Source of the DNA: Tubulanus polymorphus
Taxonomy: Eukaryota > Animalia > Nemertea
DNA: 64,000 bases
Assembly: GCF_964204645.1 (NCBI RefSeq)
Contig: NC_134028.1
Span: 310,001 to 374,000 of the forward strand
Reading direction: 5' to 3'
Shown here: positions 51,001 to 64,000 of the stretch, in pieces
Position numbering within the stretch: the stretch's first letter is position 1
Layout of the letters: every line of letters begins with the position of its first letter
Translations under genes and position numbers: made by a program
Notes under the pieces: model-generated
Told to the model about the DNA's origin: nothing
What the model saw: only the letters and a program-made list of their open reading frames with translations
Database searches by the model: none

Positions 51001-54000
51001 GCAACAAAAATCTGTATCTTTCAGTCCATCTACTCGAAATCAGTTCAGTTTACCTTAACCTATCATTTCAGATCGAGTCCATCATCTTCAGGAGCATAAA
51101 TAGCCAGAAAATTCTTAATCTTTCCACCTATCTATTTGAAATCAGTTCAGTACACCCTAACCCATCAATTAAGATAGAACTCATCATCTTCAGGACCCTA
51201 TTTTGCAAGAAAAATCTGTATCTTTCAGTCCATCTACTCGAAATCAGTTCAGTCTACCTTAACCTATCATTTCAGATCGAGTCCATCATCTTCAGGAGCA
51301 TAAATAGCCAGAAAATTCTTAATCTTTCCACCTATCTATTTGAAATCAGTTCAATACGCCTTAGCCCATCTTTTCAGATTGAGTGCATCATCTTCAGAAC
51401 CAAAGGCAGCCAGAAAATTCTGATTCTTTCCACCTATCTATTTGAAATCAGTTCTGTACACCCTAACCCATCAATTAAGATAGAATTCATCATCTTTAGG
51501 ACCCTATTTTGCAACAAAAATCTGTATCTTTCAGTCCATCTACTCGAAATCAGTTCAGTTTACCTTAACCTATCATTTCAGATCGAGTCCATCATCTTCA
51601 GGAGCATAAATAGCCAGAAAATTCTTAATCTTTCCACCTATCTATTTGAAATCAGTTCAGTACACCCTAACCCATCAATTAAGATAGAACTCATCATCTT
51701 TAGGACCCTATTTTGCAAGAAAAATCTGTATCTTTCAGTCCATCTACTCGAAATCAGTTCAGTTTACCTTAACCTATCATTTCAGATCGAGTCCATCATC
51801 TTCAGGAGCATAAATAGCCAGAAAATTCTTAATCTTTCCACCTATCTATTTGAAATCAGTTCAATACGCCTTAACACATCTTTTCAGATTGAATCCATCA
51901 TCTTCAGAACCAAAAGCAGCAAGAAAATTCTGATTCTTTCAACCTATCTATTTGAAATCAGTTCAGTACACCCTAACCCATCAATTAAGATAGAATTCAT
52001 CATCTTTAGGACCCTATTTTGCAAGAAAAATCTGTATCTTTCAGTCCATCTACTCGAAATCAGTTCAGTTTTCCTTACCTTATCATTTCAGATCGAGTCC
52101 ATCATCTTCAGGAGCATAAATAGCCAGAAAATTCTTAACCTTTCCACCTATCTATTTGAAATCAGTTCAATACGCCTTAACACATCTTTTCAGATTGAAT
52201 CCATCATCTTCAGAACCAAAAGCAGCCAGAAAATTCTGATTCTTTCAACCTATCTATTTGAAATCAGTTCAGTACACCCTAACCCATCAATTAAGATAGA
52301 ATTCATCATCTTTAGGACCCTATTTAGCAAGAAAAATCTGTATCTTTCAGTCCATCTACTCGAAATCAGTTCAGTTTACCTTAACCTATCATTTCAGATC
52401 GAGTCCATCATCTTCAGGAGCATAAATAGCCAGAAAATTCTTAATCTTTCCACCTATCTATTTGAAATCAGTTCAATACGCCTTAGCCCATCTTTTCAGA
52501 TTGAGTCCATCATCTTCAGAACCAAAGGCAGCCAGAAAATTCTGATTCTTTCCACTTATCTATTTGAAATCAGTTCAGTTCACCCTAACCCATCAATTAA
52601 GATAGAATTCATCATCTTTAGGACCCTATTTTGCAAGAAAAATCTGTATCTTTCAGTCCATCTGCTCGAAATCAGTTCAGTTTACCTTAACCTATCATTT
52701 CAGATCGAGTCCACATCTTCAGGAGCATAAATAGCCAGAAAATTCTTAATCTTTCCACCTATCTATTTGAAATCAGTTCAGTACACCCTAACCCATCAAT
52801 TAAGATAGAATTCATCATCTTTAGGACCCTATTTTGCAAGAAAAATCTGTATCTTTCAGTCCATCTACTCGAAATCAGTTCAGTTTTCCTTAACCTATCA
52901 TTTCAGATCGAGTCCATCATCTTCAGGAGCATAAATAGCCAGAAAATTCTTAATCTTTCCACCTATCTATTTGAAATCAGTTCAATACGCCTTAACCCAT
53001 CTTTTCAGATTGAATCCATCATCTTCAGAACCAAAAGCAGCCAGAGAATTCTGATTCTTTCCACCTATCTATTTGAAATCAGTTCAGTACACCCTAACCC
53101 ATCAATTAAGATAGAATTCATCATCTTTAGGACCCTATTTTGCAAGAAAAATCTGTATCTTTCAGTCCATCAACTCGAAATCAGTTCAGTTTACCTTAAC
53201 CTATCATTTCAGATCGAGTCCATCATCTTCAGGAGCATAAATAGCCAGAAAATTCTTAATCTTTCAACCTATCTATTTGAAATCAGTTCGGTACACCCTA
53301 ACCCATCAATTAAGATAGAACTGATCATCTTTAGGACCCTATTTTGCAAGAAAAATCTGTATCTTTCAGTCCATCTACTCGAAATCAGTTCAGTCTACCT
53401 TAACCTATCATTTCAGATCGAGTCCATCATCTTCAGGAGCATAAATAGCCAGAAAATTCTTAATCTTTCCACCTATCTATTTGAAATCAGTTCAATACGC
53501 CTTAACACATCTTTTCAGATTGAATCCCTCATCTTCAGAACCAAAAGCAGCCAGAAAATTCTGATTCTTTAAACCTATCTATTTGAAATCAGTTCAGTAC
53601 ACCCTAACCCATCAATTAAGATAGAATTCATCATCTTTAGGACCCTATTTTGCAAGAAAAATCTGTATCTTTCAGTCCATCTACTCGAAATCAGTTCAGT
53701 CTACCTTAACCTATCATTTCAGATCGAGTCCATCATCTTCAGAAGCATAAATAGCCAGAAAAGTCTTAATCTATCCACCTATCTATTTGAAATCAGTTCA
53801 ATACGCCTTAACACATCTTTTCAGATTGAATCCATCATCTTCAGAACCAAAAGCAGCCAGAAAATTCTGATTCTTTCAACCTATCGATTTGAAATCAGTT
53901 CAGTACACCCTAACCCATCAATTAAGATAGAATTCATCATCTTTAGGACCCTATTTTGCAAGAAAAATCTGTATCTTTCAGTCCATCTACTCGAAATCAG

Positions 54001-57000
54001 TTCAGTCTACCTAAACCTATCATTTCAGATCGAGTCCATCATCTTCAGGAGCATAAATAGCCAGAAAAATCTTAATCATTCCACCTATCTATTTGAAATC
54101 AGTTCAATACGCCTCAACACATCTTTTCAGATTGAATCCATCATCTTCAGAACCAAAAGCAGCCAGAAAATTCTGATTCTTTCAACCTATCTATTTGAAA
54201 TCAGTTCAGTACACCCTAACCCATCAATTAAGATAGAATTCATCATCTTTAGGACCCTATTTTGCAAGAAAAATCTGTATCTTTCAGTCCATCTACTCGA
54301 AATCAGTTCAGTTTACTTTAACCTATCATTTCAGATCGAGTCAATCATCTTCAGGAGCATAAATAGCCAGAAAATTCTTAATCTTTCCACCTATCTATTT
54401 GAAATCAGTTCAATACGCCTTAGCCCATCTTTTCAGATTGAGTCCATCATCTTCAGAACCAAAGGCAGCCAGAAAATTCTGATTCTTTCCACCTATCTAT
54501 TTGAAATCAGTTCAGTACACCCTAACCCATCAATTAAGATAGAATTCATCATCTTTAGGACCCTATTTTGCAAGAAAAATCTGTATCTTTCAGTCCATCT
54601 ACTCGAAATCAGTTCAGTCTACCTAAACCTATCATTTCAGATCGAGTCCATCATCTTCAGGAGCATAAATAGCCAGAAAATTCTTAATCTTTCCACCTAT
54701 CTATTTGAAATCAGTTCAGTACACCCTAACCCATCAATTAAGATAGAATTCATCATCTTTAGGACCCTATTTTGCAAGAAAAATCTGTATCTTTCAGTCC
54801 ATCTACTCGAAATCAGTTCAGTTTACCTTAACCTATCATTTCAGATCGAGTCCATCATCTTCAGGAGCATAAATAGCCAGAAAATTCTTAATCTTTCCAC
54901 CTATCTATTTGAAATCAGTTCAATACGCCTTAGCCCATCTTTTCAGATTGAGTCCATCATCTTCAGAACCAAAGGCAGCCAGAAAATTCTGATTCTTTCC
55001 ACCTATCTATTTGAAATCAGTTCAGTACACCCTAACCCATCAATTAAGATAGAATTCATCATCTTTAGGACCCTATTTTGCAAGAAAAATCTGTATCTTT
55101 CAGTCCATCTACTCGAAATCAGTTCAGTCTACCTAAACCTATCATTTCAGATCGAGTCCATCATCTTCAGGAGCATAAATAGCCAGAAAAATCTTAATCA
55201 TTCCACCTATCTATTTGAAATCAGTTCAATACGCCTCAACACATCTTTTCAGATTGAATCCATCATCTTCAGAACCAAAAGCAGCCAGAAAATTCTGATT
55301 CTTTCAACCTATCTATTTGAAATCAGTTCAATACGCCTTAACACATCTTTTAGATCGAGTCCATCATCTTCAGGAGCATAAATAGCCAGAAAATTCTTAA
55401 TCTTTCCACCTATCTATTTGAAATCAGTTCAATACGCCTTAACACATCTTTTCAGATTGAATCCATCATCTTCAGAACCAAAAGCAGCCAGAAAATTCTG
55501 ATTCTTTCAACCTATCTATTTGAAATCAGTTCAGTACACCCTAACCCATCAATTAAGATAGAATTCATCATCTTTATGACCCTATTTTGCAAGAAAAATC
55601 TGTATCTTTCAGTCCATCTACTCGAAATCAGTTCAGTTTACCTTAACCTATCATTTCAGATCGAGCCCATCATCTTCAGGAGCATAAATAGCCAGAAAAT
55701 TCTGAATCTTTCCACCTATCTATTTGAAATCAGTTCAATACGCCTTAGCCCATCTTTTCAGATAGAGTTCATCATCTTCAGAACCAAAGCCAGCCAGAAA
55801 ATTCTGATTCTTTCCACCTATCTATTTGAAATCAGTTCAGTTCACCCTAACCCATCAATTAAGATAGAATTCATCATCTTTAGGGCCCTATTTTGCAAGA
55901 AAAATCTGTATCTTTCAGTCCATCTACTCGAAATCAGTTCAGTTTACCTTAACCTATCATTTCAGATCGAGTCCATCATCTTCAGGAGCATAAATAGCCA
56001 GAAAATTCTCAATCTTTCCACCTATCTATTTGAAATCAGTTCAGTACACCCTAACCCATCAATTAAGATAGAAATCATCTACTTTAGGACCCTATTTTGC
56101 AAGAAAAATCTGTATCTTTCAGTCCATCTACTCGAAATCAGTTCAGTCTACCTTAACCTATCATTTCAGATCGAGTCCATCATCTTCAGGAGCATAAATA
56201 GCCAGAAAAGTCTTAATCTATCCACCTATCTATTTGAAATCAGTTCAATACGCCTTAACCCATCTTTTCAGATTGAATCCATCATCTTCAGAACCAAAAG
56301 CAGCCAGAAAATTCTGATTCTTTCAACCTATCTATTTGAAATCAGTTCAGTACACCCCAACCCATCAATTAAGATAGAATTCATCATCTTTAGGACCCTA
56401 TTTTGCAACAAAAATCTGTATCTTTCAGTCCATCTACTCGAAATCAGTTCTGTTTACCTTAACCTATCATTTCAGATCGAGTCCATCATCTTCAGGAGCA
56501 TAAATAGCCAGAAAATTCTTAATCTTTCCACCTATCTATTTGAAATCAGTTCAGTACACCCTAACCCATCAATTAAGATAGAACTCATCATCTTCAGGAC
56601 CCTATTTTGCAAGAAAAATCTGTATCTTTCAGTCCATCTACTCGAAATCAGTTCAGTCTACCTTAACCTATCATTTCAGATCGAGTCCATCATCTTCAGG
56701 AGCATAAATAGCCAGAAAATTCTTAATCTTTCCACCTATCTATTTGAAATCAGTTCAATACGCCTTAGCCCATCTTTTCAGATTGAGTGCATCATCTTCA
56801 GAACCAAAGGCAGCCAGAAAATTCTGATTCTTTCCACCTATCTATTTGAAATCAGTTCTGTACACCCTAACCCATCAATTAAGATAGAATTCATCATCTT
56901 TAGGACCCTATTTTGCAACAAAAATCTGTATCTTTCAGTCCATCTACTCGAAATCAGTTCAGTTTACCTTAACCTATCATTTCAGATCGAGTCCATCATC

Positions 57001-57750
57001 TTCAGGAGCATAAATAGCCAGAAAATTCTTAATCTTTCCACCTATCTATTTGAAATCAGTTCAGTACACCCTAACCCATCAATTAAGATAGAACTCATCA
57101 TCTTTAGGACCCTATTTTGCAAGAAAAATCTGTATCTTTCAGTCCATCTACTCGAAATCAGTTCAGTTTACCTTAACCTATCATTTCAGATCGAGTCCAT
57201 CATCTTCAGGAGCATAAATAGCCAGAAAATTCTTAATCTTTCCACCTATCTATTTGAAATCAGTTCAATACGCCTTAACACATCTTTTCAGATTGAATCC
57301 ATCATCTTCAGAACCAAAAGCAGCAAGAAAATTCTGATTCTTTCAACCTATCTATTTGAAATCAGTTCAGTACACCCTAACCCATCAATTAAGATAGAAT
57401 TCATCATCTTTAGGACCCTATTTTGCAAGAAAAATCTGTATCTTTCAGTCCATCTACTCGAAATCAGTTCAGTTTTCCTTACCTTATCATTTCAGATCGA
57501 GTCCATCATCTTCAGGAGCATAAATAGCCAGAAAATTCTTAACCTTTCCACCTATCTATTTGAAATCAGTTCAATACGCCTTAACACATCTTTTCAGATT
57601 GAATCCATCATCTTCAGAACCAAAAGCAGCCAGAAAATTCTGATTCTTTCAACCTATCTATTTGAAATCAGTTCAGTACACCCTAACCCATCAATTAAGA
57701 TAGAATTCATCATCTTTAGGACCCTATTTAGCAAGAAAAATCTGTATCTT
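41300..57750. repeat. 5710-bp higher-order repeat (56 monomers minus 2 bp), about 3 copies; the third is 3 monomers shorter (offset 5404)
   Basis: TGAATCCCTC at 42101/47811/53521; TATGACCC ATG variant at 44462/50172/55576; near-identical 852-aa ORFs. Confidence 0.9.
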
Positions 57751-60010
57751 TCAGTCCATCTACTCGAAATCAGTTCAGTCTACCTTAACCTATCATTTCA
57801 GATCGAGTCCATCATCTTCAGGAGCATAAATAGCCAGAAAATTCTTAACCTTTCCACCTATCTATTTGAAATCAGTTCAATACGCCTTAGCCCATCTTTT
57901 CAGATAGAGTTCATCATCTTCAGAACCAAAGCCAGCCAGAAAATTCTGATTCTTTCCACCTATCTATTTGAAATCAGTTCAGTTCACCCTAACCCATCAA
58001 TTAAGATAGAATTCATCATCTTTAGGGCCCTATTTTGCAAGAAAAATCTGTATCTTTCAGTCCATCTACTCGAAATCAGTTCAGTTTACCTTAACCTATC
58101 ATTTCAGATCGAGTCCATCATCTTCAGGAGCATAAATAGCCAGAAAATTCTCAATCTTTCCACCTATCTATTTGAAATCAGTTCAGTACACCCTAACCCA
58201 TCAATTAAGATAGAAATCATCTACTTTAGGACCCTATTTTGCAAGAAAAATCTGTATCTTTCAGTCCATCTACTCGAAATCAGTTCAGTCTACCTTAACC
58301 TATCATTTCAGATCGAGTCCATCATCTTCAGGAGCATAAATAGCCAGAAAAGTCTTAATCTATCCACCTATCTATTTGAAATCAGTTCAATACGCCTTAA
58401 CCCATCTTTTCAGATTGAATCCATCATCTTCAGAACCAAAAGCAGCCAGAAAATTCTGATTCTTTCAACCTATCTATTTGAAATCAGTTCAGTACACCCC
58501 AACCCATCAATTAAGATAGAATTCATCATCTTTAGGACCCTATTTTGCAACAAAAATCTGTATCTTTCAGTCCATCTACTCGAAATCAGTTCTGTTTACC
58601 TTAACCTATCATTTCAGATCGAGTCCATCATCTTCAGGAGCATAAATAGCCAGAAAATTCTTAATCTTTCCACCTATCTATTTGAAATCAGTTCAGTACA
58701 CCCTAACCCATCAATTAAGATAGAACTCATCATCTTCAGGACCCTATTTTGCAAGAAAAATCTGTATCTTTCAGTCCATCTACTCGAAATCAGTTCAGTC
58801 TACCTTAACCTATCATTTCAGATCGAGTCCATCATCTTCAGGAGCATAAATAGCCAGAAAATTCTTAATCTTTCCACCTATCTATTTGAAATCAGTTCAA
58901 TACGCCTTAGCCCATCTTTTCAGATTGAGTGCATCATCTTCAGAACCAAAGGCAGCCAGAAAATTCTGATTCTTTCCACCTATCTATTTGAAATCAGTTC
59001 TGTACACCCTAACCCATCAATTAAGATAGAATTCATCATCTTTAGGACCCTATTTTGCAACAAAAATCTGTATCTTTCAGTCCATCTACTCGAAATCAGT
59101 TCAGTTTACCTTAACCTATCATTTCAGATCGAGTCCATCATCTTCAGGAGCATAAATAGCCAGAAAATTCTTAATCTTTCCACCTATCTATTTGAAATCA
59201 GTTCAGTACACCCTAACCCATCAATTAAGATAGAACTCATCATCTTTAGGACCCTATTTTGCAAGAAAAATCTGTATCTTTCAGTCCATCTACTCGAAAT
59301 CAGTTCAGTTTACCTTAACCTATCATTTCAGATCGAGTCCATCATCTTCAGGAGCATAAATAGCCAGAAAATTCTTAATCTTTCCACCTATCTATTTGAA
59401 ATCAGTTCAATACGCCTTAACACATCTTTTCAGATTGAATCCATCATCTTCAGAACCAAAAGCAGCAAGAAAATTCTGATTCTTTCAACCTATCTATTTG
59501 AAATCAGTTCAGTACACCCTAACCCATCAATTAAGATAGAATTCATCATCTTTAGGACCCTATTTTGCAAGAAAAATCTGTATCTTTCAGTCCATCTACT
59601 CGAAATCAGTTCAGTTTTCCTTACCTTATCATTTCAGATCGAGTCCATCATCTTCAGGAGCATAAATAGCCAGAAAATTCTTAACCTTTCCACCTATCTA
59701 TTTGAAATCAGTTCAATACGCCTTAACACATCTTTTCAGATTGAATCCATCATCTTCAGAACCAAAAGCAGCCAGAAAATTCTGATTCTTTCAACCTATC
59801 TATTTGAAATCAGTTCAGTACACCCTAACCCATCAATTAAGATAGAATTCATCATCTTTAGGACCCTATTTAGCAAGAAAAATCTGTATCTTTCAGTCCA
59901 TCTACTCGAAATCAGTTCAGTTTACCTTAACCTATCATTTCAGATCGAGTCCATCATCTTCAGGAGCATAAATAGCCAGAAAATTCTTAATCTTTCCACC
60001 TATCTATTTG
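55730..60010. repeat. 2142-bp tandem duplication (exactly 21 monomers)
   Basis: GATAGAGTTC 55761/57903; private TCTGTTTACC 56451/58593. Confidence 0.86.
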
Positions 60011-61400
60011 AACTCAGTTCAATACGCCTTAGCCCATCTTTTCAGATTGAGTCCATCATCTTCAGAACCAAAGGCAGCCAGAAAATTCTGATTCTTTCCA
60101 CTTATCTATTTGAAATCAGTTCAGTTCACCCTAACCCATCAATTAAGATAGAATTCATCATCTTTAGGACCCTATTTTGCAACAAAAATCTGTATCTTTC
60201 ATCCCATCTACTCGAAATCAGTTCAGTTTACCTTAACCTATCATTTCAGATCGAGTCCATCATCTTCAGGAGCATAAATAGCCAGAAAATTCTGAATCTT
60301 TCCACCTATCTATTTGAAATCAGTTCAATTCGCCTAAACCCATCATTTCAGATTGAATCCATCATCTTCAGAACCAAAAGCAGCCAGAAAATTCTGATTC
60401 TTTCAATCTATCTATTTGAAATCAGTTCAGTACACCCTAACCCATCAATTAAGATAGAATTCATCATCTTTAGGACCCTATTTAGCAAGAAAAATCTGTA
60501 TCTTTCAGTCCATCTACTCGAAATCAGTTCAGTCTACCTTAACCTATCAATTCAGATCGAGTCCATCATCTTCAGGTGCATAAATAGCCAGAAAATTCTG
60601 AATCTTTCCACCTATCTATTTGAAATCAGTTCAATTCGCCTAAACCCATCATTTCAGATTGAATCCATCATCTTCAGAACCAAAAGCAGCCAGAAAATTC
60701 TGATTCTTTCAACCTTTCTATTTGAAATCAGTTCAGTACACCCTATCCCATTAATTAAGATAGAATTCATCATCTTTAGGACCCTATTTTGCAACAAAAA
60801 TCTGTATCTTTCATGCCATCTACTCGGAATCAATTCACTTTACCTTAACCTATCATTTCAGATCGAGTCCATCATCTTCAGGAGCATAAATAGCCAGAAA
60901 ATTCTTAATCTTTCCACCTATCTATTTGAAATCAGTTCAATACGCCTTAACCCATCTTTTCAGATTGAATCAATCAACTTCAGAAGTATAAGTAGTCAGA
61001 AAATTCTGAATCTTTCAACCAATCTATTAAACATCAGTTCAGTACACCCTAACCCAACAATTAAGATAGAATTCATCATCTTTAGGACCCTATTTTGCAA
61101 GAAAAATCTGTATCTTTCAGTCCATCTACTCGAAATCAGTTCAGTTTACCTTAACCTATCATTTCAGATCGAGTCCATCATCTTCAGGAGCATAAATAGC
61201 CAGAAAATTCTGAATCTTTCCACCTATCTATTTGAAATCAGTTCAATACGCCTTAACCCATCTTTTCAGATTGAATCCATCATCTTCAGAACCAAAAGCA
61301 GCCAGAAAATTCTGATTCTTTCCACCTATCTATTTGAAATCAGTTCAGTACACCCCAAACTATCAATTAAGATAGAATTCATCATCTTTAGGACCCTATT
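60010..61400. repeat. Diverged satellite island with dense private variants
   Basis: GAACTCAG 60010, ATCCCATC 60201, CGCCTAAACCCATCATTT 60331, CAGGTGCA 60573, CCTATCCCATTAATT 60742, TCATGCCATCTACTCGGAATCAATTCACTT 60811-60840, diverged D at 60928. Confidence 0.8.
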
Positions 61401-64000
61401 TTGCAACAAAAATCTGTATCTTTCAGTCCATCTACTCGAAATCAGTTCAGTTTACCTTAACCTATCATTTCAGATCGAGTCCATCATCTTCAGGAGCATA
61501 AATAGCCAGAAAATTCTTAATCTTTCCACCTATCTATTTGAAATCAGTTCAGTACACCCTAACCCATCAATTAAGATAGAACTCATCATCTTTAGGACCC
61601 TATTTTGCAAGAAAAATCTGTATCTTTCAGTCCATCTACTCGAAATCAGTTCAGTCTACCTTAACCTATCATTTCAGATCGAGTCCATCATCTTCAGGAG
61701 CATAAATAGCCAGAAAATTCTTAATCTTTCCACCTATCTATTTGAAATCAGTTCAATACGCCTTAGCCCATCTTTTCAGATTGAGTGCATCATCTTCAGA
61801 ACCAAAGGCAGCCAGAAAATTCTGATTCTTTCCACCTATCTATTTGAAATCAGTTCAGTACACCCTAACCCATCAATTAAGATAGAATTCATCATCTTTA
61901 GGACCCTATTTTGTAAGAAAAATCTGTATCTTTCAGTCCATCTACTCGAAATCAGTTCAGTCTACCTAAACCTATCATTTCAGATCGAGTCCATCATCTT
62001 CAGGAGCATAAATAGCCAGAAAAATCTTAATCATTCCACCTATCTATTTGAAATCAGTTCAATACGCCTCAACACATCTTTTCAGATTGAATCCATCATC
62101 TTCAGAACCAAAAGCAGCCAGAAAATTCTGATTCTTTCCACCTATCTATTTGAAATCAGTTCAGTACACCCTAACCCATCAATTAAGATAGAATTCATCA
62201 TCTTTAGGACCCTATTTAGCAAGAAAAATCTGTATCTTTCAGTCCATCTACTCGAAATCAGTTCAGTTTACCTTAACCTATCATTTCAGATCGAGTCCAT
62301 CATCTTCAGGAGCATAAATAGCCAGAAAATTCTTAATCTTTCCACCTATCTATTTGAAATCAGTTCAATACGCCTTAGCCCATCTTTTCAGATTGAGTCC
62401 ATCATCTTCAGAACCAAAGGCAGCCAGAAAATTCTGATTCTTTCCACTTATCTATTTGAAATCAGTTCAGTTCACCCTAACCCATCAATTAAGATAGAAT
62501 TCATCATCTTTAGGACCCTATTTTGCAAGAAAAATCTGTATCTTTCAGTCCATCTGCTCGAAATCAGTTCAGTTTACCTTAACCTATCATTACAGATCGA
62601 GTCCATCATCTTCAGGAGCATAAATAGCCAGAAAATTCTTAATCTTTCCACCTATCTATTTGAAATCAGTTCAGTACACCCTAACCCATCAATTAAGATA
62701 GAATTCATCATCTTTAGGACCCTATTTTGCAAGAAAAATCTGTATCTTTCAGTCCATCTACTCGAAATCAGTTCAGTTTACCTTAACCTATCATTTCAGA
62801 TCGAGTCCATCATCTTCAGGAGCATAAATAGCCAGAAAATTCTGAATCTTTCCACCTATCTATTTGAAATCAGTTCAATACGCCTTAACCCATCTTTTCA
62901 GATTGAATCCATCATCTTCAGAACCAAAAGCAGCCAGAAAATTCTGATTCTTTCCACCTATCTATTTGAAATCAGTTCAGTTCACCCTAACCCATCAATT
63001 AAGATAGAATTCATCATCTTTAGGACCCTATTTTGCAAGAAAAATCTGTATCTTTCAGTCCATCTGCTCGAAATCAGTTCAGTTTACCTTAACCTATCAT
63101 TTCAGATCGAGTCCATCATCTTCAGGAGCATAAATAGCCAGAAAATTCTTAATCTTTCCACCTATCTATTTGAAATCAGTTCAGTACACCCTAACCCATC
63201 AATTAAGATAGAATTCATCAGCTTTAGGACCCTATTTTGCAAGAAAAATCTGTATCTTTCAGTCCATCTACTCGAAATCAGTTCAGTTTACCTTAACCTA
63301 TCATTTCAGATCGAGTCCATCATCTTCAGGAGCATAAATAGCCAGAAAATTCTTAATCTTTCCACCTATCTATTTGAAATCAGTTCAATACGCCTTAGCC
63401 CATCTTTTCAGATTGAGTCCATCATCTTCAGAACCAAAGGCAGCCAGAAAATTCTGATTCTTTCCACCTATCTATTTGAAATCAGTTCAGTACACCCTAA
63501 CCCATCAATTAAGATAGAATTCATCATCTTTAGGACCCTATTTTGTAAGAAAAATCTGTATCTTTCAGTCCATCTACTCGAAATCAGTTCAGTCTACCTA
63601 AACCTATCATTTCAGATCGAGTCCATCATCTTCAGGAGCATAAATAGCCAGAAAAATCTTAATCATTCCACCTATCTATTTGAAATCAGTTCAATACGCC
63701 TCAACACATCTTTTCAGATTGAATCCATCATCTTCAGAACCAAAAGCAGCCAGAAAATTCTGATTCTTTCAACCTATCTATTTGAAATCAGTTCAGTACA
63801 CCCTAACCCATCAATTAAGATAGAATTCATCATCTTTAGGACCCTATTTTGCAAGAAAAATCTGTATCTTTCAGTCCATCTACTCGAAATCAGTTCAGTT
63901 TACCTTAACCTATCATTTCAGATCGAGTCCATCATCTTCAGGAGCATAAATAGCCAGAAAATTCTTAATCTTTCCACCTATCTATTTGAAATCAGTTCAA

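Larger units (their letters stand above)
1..64000. repeat. Tandem satellite DNA array with a 102-bp monomer (about 627 copies), head-to-tail, running off both window ends; probably centromeric or heterochromatic
   Basis: The anchor GAAATCAGTTCA recurs every 102 bp (32, 134, 236, 338 ...) across the window. I saw no inversion or unique insert. The centromeric role is inferred from the organisation only. Confidence 0.97.

Noticed and set aside
5-52730. Long + strand ORFs (98-2035 aa) as genuine CDS
   Set aside because: Starts are sporadic ATG/TTG variants and ends are sporadic nonsense or frameshift variants. There are no non-repeat termini, the synonymous fraction is near neutral, and Gly, Ala, Asp, Trp and Met are almost absent.
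1-64000. CRISPR array, with CCTATCTATTTGAAATCAGTTCA as the repeat
   Set aside because: The intervening sequences are homologous and fall into 3-4 types rather than being unique spacers, and no cas genes are present.
1-64000. Embedded transposon, rRNA/tRNA/5S unit or inversion
   Set aside because: Every line read conforms to the monomer in one orientation, and I recognised no structural RNA motif.
1-64000. Pure assembly artefact or synthetic concatemer
   Set aside because: The hierarchically nested, self-consistent variants and indel arithmetic fit natural satellite evolution, although individual duplications still need read support.

Overview
The whole 64 kb window is one uninterrupted, single-orientation tandem array of a 102-bp satellite (about 627 monomers, about 35% GC, with C about twice as frequent as G on the + strand). 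It is most consistent with a eukaryotic centromeric or heterochromatic satellite; I cannot identify the organism. I found no unique sequence, transposon, RNA gene or credible protein-coding gene. Three monomer types (A, B, C; about 72-84% pairwise identity by hand count) are strung mostly as AB (204 bp) or ABC (306 bp) units, and a rare fourth type D also occurs. Above this sit nested recent duplications with offsets of 1122, 1530, 2142, 2345, 2958, 3672/3876, 5710/5404 and about 12.5-13.9 kb. Every offset is a whole number of monomers once a few traceable indels are counted. The monomer appears to derive from a triplicated unit of about 34 bp. The giant + strand ORFs arise because 102 bp is 34 codons and one frame has no stop. 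Nonsense and frameshift variants have been copied along the array, which argues against coding. A more diverged island lies at about 60.0-61.4 kb, and the diagnostic variants change at about 32.6 kb. All coordinates and counts were done by eye.
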